A stretch of 64,000 bases of DNA, taken from positions 20,728 to 84,727 of the forward strand of contig CAZFOD010000003.1 in assembly GCA_964520545.1 (NCBI GenBank), read 5' to 3'. Shown here piece after piece: positions 60,065 through 64,000 of the stretch. Origin of the DNA: an uncultured Candidatus Saccharibacteria bacterium (GTDB lineage Bacteria; Patescibacteriota; Minisyncoccia; Phycocordibacterales; CAIZLB01). Numbering within the stretch: the first letter of the stretch is position 1; every line of letters begins with the position of its first letter. Made by a program: the position numbers and the translations under genes. The notes beneath the pieces are model-generated. The model had not been told where the DNA came from. It ran no database searches and saw only the letters and a list, made by a program, of their open reading frames with translations.

Positions 60065-61669
60065 ATGAATTACATCACACTCTCACTTGTCATCATCGCA
60101 ACCATTAACTCCGCACTCGGATTAATGCTTGTACTAAGCAGCCAGCGCCATTATGCCGGTAAGATATATGCCATAAACGTACTCATGATTCTTTCATGGA
60201 TATTCGGCATGTTCTTCTACAGAATATCCACCCCTGACCAAGTATTAATGTGGACAAAGCTCCTATATTTCTTTGCATCACTCATTGCAAGTAGCTTCCT
60301 CTACTTTACATATATTTTCCCAGTTAAAGAGGAAAACTTTAACAGGAACAAGAAGCTATCCATTGTTCTACCGAACGTAATTATTGGTTTTTTAATCCTC
60401 CTTGGTAACCACATCATTAAAGGGGCTCAGGTTGTTGAGACAGGTGAAAACCATATTCAGTTCGGTAACTTCTACATCCTCTATATCGTTTACATACTCT
60501 CGTTCTTCATGTACGCATTCTTCCGCCTATACAAAAAATATAAGTACTCTGAAGACCCTACTGAAAAACGACAAGCTCTCTACCTCTTGGTTGGATATTC
60601 GACATCAGCAAATATCGCTTTCGTAACAAACCTCATTCTGCCATGGCTTGGATTCTTTGAATTTAACTGGGTAGGACAGGTCTCAACGGTAACGATGGTA
60701 ACATTTGCGACATACTCCATTGCAAAGCATCAATTGTTTAACATCAAAGCCATTGCCGTTGAACTCTTCGTTGGAGTTCTGTGGATCCTTCTCCTTCTCC
60801 GTACAGTCGTCGCAAATACGTTCGAAGACAGAATCTTCAATGGGGTATTGCTCGTCCTTACGATTCCTGTAGGAGTTGCTCTCATTAAGGGTGTACTCTC
60901 GGAGATCCGAAGTAGGGAAAAGATTGAACGACTTGCGCAAGACCTTGAGCAGGCCAATATTCGATTGAAGGAACTCGATCAACAGAAGTCTGAATTCGTT
61001 TCTCTAGCCTCACACCAGCTTCGAGGTCCGCTTACGGCAATCAAAGGCTATGCTTCAATGCTTCTTGATGGAGATTTTGGAGAAGTGAAAGATGGTATTA
61101 GAGATGCTGTCGACAAGATATTTAAATCAACACAGGATCTTGTAGTTCTCGTTGGAGACTATCTTAACGTATCAAGAATTGAGCAGGGAAGAATGGAATA
61201 TGACTTCACTCAATTTGATCTTAAGGCATTAGTAGGTACGGTAGTTGCTGAACTTCGTCCTACAATAGAAAAAGCAAACCTTACCCTCGACTATACGTAC
61301 GATGCTGGGCAAGAATATCAAATTAATGCAGATATTGGGAAGATAAAGCAAGTCATTGGAAACATAATCGACAATGGTATTAAATATACACCTCATGGAA
61401 GCATCCATGTGCTACTGGCACAAGGAGCCCCTGGAAAGATTCTTCTCAGTATTTCAGATACCGGTGTAGGAATTCCAAGCGAAGTACTCCCAAGACTTTT
61501 TGAAAAATTTACTCGTGCCCCTGATGCTTCAAAAACAAATATCATGGGTACAGGTCTTGGATTGTATGTAGCTCGGAAAATGATTGAAGCACACCATGGA
61601 AGAATCTGGGCTGAATCACCAGGGCAAGGAAAAGGTTCAACATTCTTCATAGAGTTTGATGCTGCTTAG
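60065..61669 (+). CDS. Sensor histidine kinase with multi-TM sensor domain (paralog of 21491..23056)
   Basis: ~7 TM; H-box FVSLASHQLRGPLTAIKGY; G-boxes DTGVGI / GTGLGLYVARK. Confidence 0.8.
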   Translation: MNYITLSLVIIATINSALGLMLVLSSQRHYAGKIYAINVLMILSWIFGMFFYRISTPDQVLMWTKLLYFFASLIASSFLYFTYIFPVKEENFNRNKKLSIVLPNVIIGFLILLGNHIIKGAQVVETGENHIQFGNFYILYIVYILSFFMYAFFRLYKKYKYSEDPTEKRQALYLLVGYSTSANIAFVTNLILPWLGFFEFNWVGQVSTVTMVTFATYSIAKHQLFNIKAIAVELFVGVLWILLLLRTVVANTFEDRIFNGVLLVLTIPVGVALIKGVLSEIRSREKIERLAQDLEQANIRLKELDQQKSEFVSLASHQLRGPLTAIKGYASMLLDGDFGEVKDGIRDAVDKIFKSTQDLVVLVGDYLNVSRIEQGRMEYDFTQFDLKALVGTVVAELRPTIEKANLTLDYTYDAGQEYQINADIGKIKQVIGNIIDNGIKYTPHGSIHVLLAQGAPGKILLSISDTGVGIPSEVLPRLFEKFTRAPDASKTNIMGTGLGLYVARKMIEAHHGRIWAESPGQGKGSTFFIEFDAA

Positions 61670-61721
61670 GGATATATAAAAGTTATGGCGGACGAATCGC
61701 AAGGATTCGCCCGCCATTTAA

Positions 61722-62453
61722 CTAGCCCTGATCAAGCCAGTACAGGATTTCCTCTGCCACGACGCCCGAGCATTTCTCGAGCATGGGCATATGTCCGCCC
61801 TCGAACTCGTGAAGCTCCGCACCATGCATGTTTGCGATAGCCTGCTGAACCCATGGTGGCGTCATCCTGTCTCGAAGACCACTCAAAACCAATGTCGGCT
61901 TTTCACACTGGGGAACTTTGACCTGGCCGAACGCCAACTGACGAGCAGCAAGACCAGACTCTTTCCAGGGAAACAACTCCGCTGGATCGAACTCGCTTCC
62001 GAGACAGTTCATCATCAGTCTTCTTGCGTCGTTGTCCGCAATCCTGAATCCGGCACCTGAAAACATTGATGCGATGTAGGGTCGGAACGGATTTGCAATC
62101 CGAAGGAAGAGCTCCGTACTCAGTGGCCATATTCCGTAAGGCGCAGCGCTCGTCGTAAGGACAAGACTCCGCACCTCCTTCAGGAATGAAATCGCCTGAG
62201 CGAGAAGACCTCCCATTGAATGGCCAATAACATCGCAGGGGCCAATCATTTTGATTCGGTGGATGACGTAGCTGATGTATATTTCCATGGACATCCCATC
62301 AACACTTTCACCCTCTTTGTGCCCAGGGAGAGTGATGAGATTCACAGTGTGACCTGCGTGTTCGAACCGTCTCCGCCATTGAGCGAACGGCTCCGCATCT
62401 GCCCACATGCCAGGAATGACAGCGATAGATGATTTTCTTTTTGGCTTATGCAT
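61722..62453 (-). CDS. Alpha/beta hydrolase fold protein
   Basis: Nucleophile elbow GHSMGG; GC-richer. Confidence 0.65.
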   Translation of the reverse strand: MHKPKRKSSIAVIPGMWADAEPFAQWRRRFEHAGHTVNLITLPGHKEGESVDGMSMEIYISYVIHRIKMIGPCDVIGHSMGGLLAQAISFLKEVRSLVLTTSAAPYGIWPLSTELFLRIANPFRPYIASMFSGAGFRIADNDARRLMMNCLGSEFDPAELFPWKESGLAARQLAFGQVKVPQCEKPTLVLSGLRDRMTPPWVQQAIANMHGAELHEFEGGHMPMLEKCSGVVAEEILYWLDQG

Positions 62454-62532
62454 TTTTGTACCTCCTTGTACTTGTTTGGTTGGTTAAAGATCTGGGTTAA
62501 ACTCGAAAAAACTGTACCACGAATGTATGGTG

Positions 62533-62560
62533 TGGGCAATGGTGGGCAATTATGGCCAAT
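62533..62560 (+). promoter_or_regulatory. Three direct repeats TGGGCAAT/TGGGCAAT/TGGCCAAT at exact 10-bp spacing upstream of trpS
   Basis: Starts at 62533, 62543, 62553; 32-60 nt upstream of trpS ATG. Confidence 0.45.
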
Positions 62561-62591
62561 ACAAGTGATTTTCTGTTATGATTACAAAGTT

Positions 62592-63536
62592 ATGAAAAAA
62601 ATCCTTCTTTCGGGAGTAAAATCCACCGGCAGACCCCACATCGGAAACTATTTCGGTGCCATGAAGCAATTTGTTGATTTACAAGACCAGTATGAATCTA
62701 GAATATTTATCGCTGATCTCCACTCACTCACATCAACACAGAACGGAAAGGAGCTTTCACAATCAACTCTTGATCTTGCAATAGACTACCTCGCCATAGG
62801 TCTTGATCCAGAAAAAGTACTCATCTTCAAACAATCAGATCTACCTCAAGTAACAGAGCTTAGCTGGATATTCAACTGCATTACTACAATGCCGTATCTC
62901 ATGAGGGCTCATTCGTTTAAAGATGCAGAAGCAAAGAACAAGGAGATTAATGTCGGTGTCTTCGACTATCCACTCCTCATGGCCGCAGACATCTTGATAC
63001 ACAATGCCGATGTTGTGCCTGTAGGACGAGACCAAAAGCAGCACATGGAGATTGCAAGAGATACTGCTGAGAAGTTCAATCGTACATTTGGTGAGGTATT
63101 CAAGCTTCCAGAGCCTATGATTCTCGATTCAGTGGAGACCGTTCCTGGTATTGATGGACAGAAGATGAGTAAGAGCTACAACAATCACATTCCATTATTT
63201 TCAGAAGATGAAGAGATCCGAAAACTTGTCATGTCCATCGTTACTGATTCAGGTGCAGGTATTCCTATGAATGTCTACAATATTCACAAGCTTTTTAGAG
63301 ACGAAGAGTACCTTAAAAAACTTTACGCTGAACACGAAGGGAAGTACAAAGCACTCAAAGATGCACTCGCTGATGACCTCATTACATTCATAGCACCACT
63401 TAGAGAAAGGAGGGCAGAGATTGCCAAGAACCCAGAGAAAGTTAAGGCAATGCTCCTAAAGAATGGAGAGAAAGTTCAAGAAATGACAGCGGCACTTGTC
63501 GCCCAAGTTCGAGAGAAGACAGGTTTAACATTTTAA
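62592..63536 (+). CDS. trpS: Tryptophan--tRNA ligase
   Basis: KSTGRPHIGNY (HIGH-type) and KMSKS motifs; start set at MKKILLSG rather than upstream ORF start. Confidence 0.85.
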   Translation: MKKILLSGVKSTGRPHIGNYFGAMKQFVDLQDQYESRIFIADLHSLTSTQNGKELSQSTLDLAIDYLAIGLDPEKVLIFKQSDLPQVTELSWIFNCITTMPYLMRAHSFKDAEAKNKEINVGVFDYPLLMAADILIHNADVVPVGRDQKQHMEIARDTAEKFNRTFGEVFKLPEPMILDSVETVPGIDGQKMSKSYNNHIPLFSEDEEIRKLVMSIVTDSGAGIPMNVYNIHKLFRDEEYLKKLYAEHEGKYKALKDALADDLITFIAPLRERRAEIAKNPEKVKAMLLKNGEKVQEMTAALVAQVREKTGLTF

Positions 63537-63545
63537 TTTTTAAAC

Positions 63546-63764
63546 ATGAACCCAGAAACAAATTTAATGTCGACTGAGAACAGGATATTAATTATGGAGA
63601 GAAAGATTGATCAGATTTACATATCTGTAGAGAAAACACGTAAGTACTTCCTCTGGACAATGATTATCACAGTTGCTTTGTTTGTATTACCTCTCATTGG
63701 CCTTATATTCGCAATACCGTCATTCCTTAGCCAGTACTCACAGATCACTAGCTTAGATCTTTAA
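63546..63764 (+). CDS. Small membrane protein, hypothetical
   Basis: 72-aa ORF with one C-terminal TM helix. Confidence 0.3.
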   Translation: MNPETNLMSTENRILIMERKIDQIYISVEKTRKYFLWTMIITVALFVLPLIGLIFAIPSFLSQYSQITSLDL

Positions 63765-63765
63765 T

Positions 63766-64000
63766 ATGCAGCTACCAGAAGGTTGCACTTTCACAGCGTA
63801 TGATCATGAAGGCGGGTATAGATATGACATACATCTCGCTGGTAAAAATATTGCATACGGATTTACAAAGAATGTGGACAAAGAAACGGTCCACATAGAC
63901 GGGTTGTATACGTCACCAGAACATCGGGGAAAAGGTCTTGCGACCTACTTGCTATCAGAAATCGAGAAGAACAATGCTGGAAAGCTTCTACAACTTAAAG
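63766..64000 (+). CDS. GNAT-family N-acetyltransferase (5' partial, runs off window end)
   Basis: ...HIDGLYTSPEHRGKGLATYLLSEIEK... acetyl-CoA-binding motif A. Confidence 0.45.
   Translation, partial: MQLPEGCTFTAYDHEGGYRYDIHLAGKNIAYGFTKNVDKETVHIDGLYTSPEHRGKGLATYLLSEIEKNNAGKLLQLK

Overview
This 64 kb window looks like a compact, mostly low-GC genome of CPR/Patescibacteria type (dense short genes, CGA-rich Arg codons, standard genetic code). It carries core translation and chaperone genes. These include a tRNA-Ala (341-416), ychF, leuS, mnmA, a short alaS, the infA-rpmJ-rpsM-rpsK-rpsD-rpoA-rplQ-rplM-rpsI cluster, grpE-dnaK-dnaJ and trpS. It also has a cell-surface glycosylation locus (two GT2 genes, a Wzx-like flippase, a GT-C membrane glycosyltransferase and a processive QxxRW GT2), an ECF sigma/anti-sigma pair, zwf, two multi-TM histidine kinases and two MltG paralogs. 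Embedded in this are visibly GC-richer islands that look horizontally acquired: a SAM-methyltransferase + leuC-leuD-leuB block (~2.7-8.5 kb), a PyrE-like PRTase gene, a ~2.7 kb island of two divergent xylose-isomerase-like TIM-barrel genes flanked by near-identical 43-44 bp terminator repeats, a small ORF at 28.3 kb, and an alpha/beta hydrolase. The most unusual item is LeuS, which carries a complete Nudix hydrolase domain (perfect Nudix box) inserted after its CP1 editing domain. Other items worth a second look are a tight operon of ATP-cone/Mrr-like, Cas4-like Fe-S nuclease, a hypothetical, family-4 UDG and PepF; an acyl-ACP-reductase-like oxidoreductase next to a PlsC-like acyltransferase; a possible -1 frameshift site (A_AAA_AAA) splitting a gene just downstream of tRNA-Ala; and several structured intergenic repeats. 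No CRISPR array, rRNA, integrase or transposase was recognised. All GC statements are by-eye estimates, not computed.
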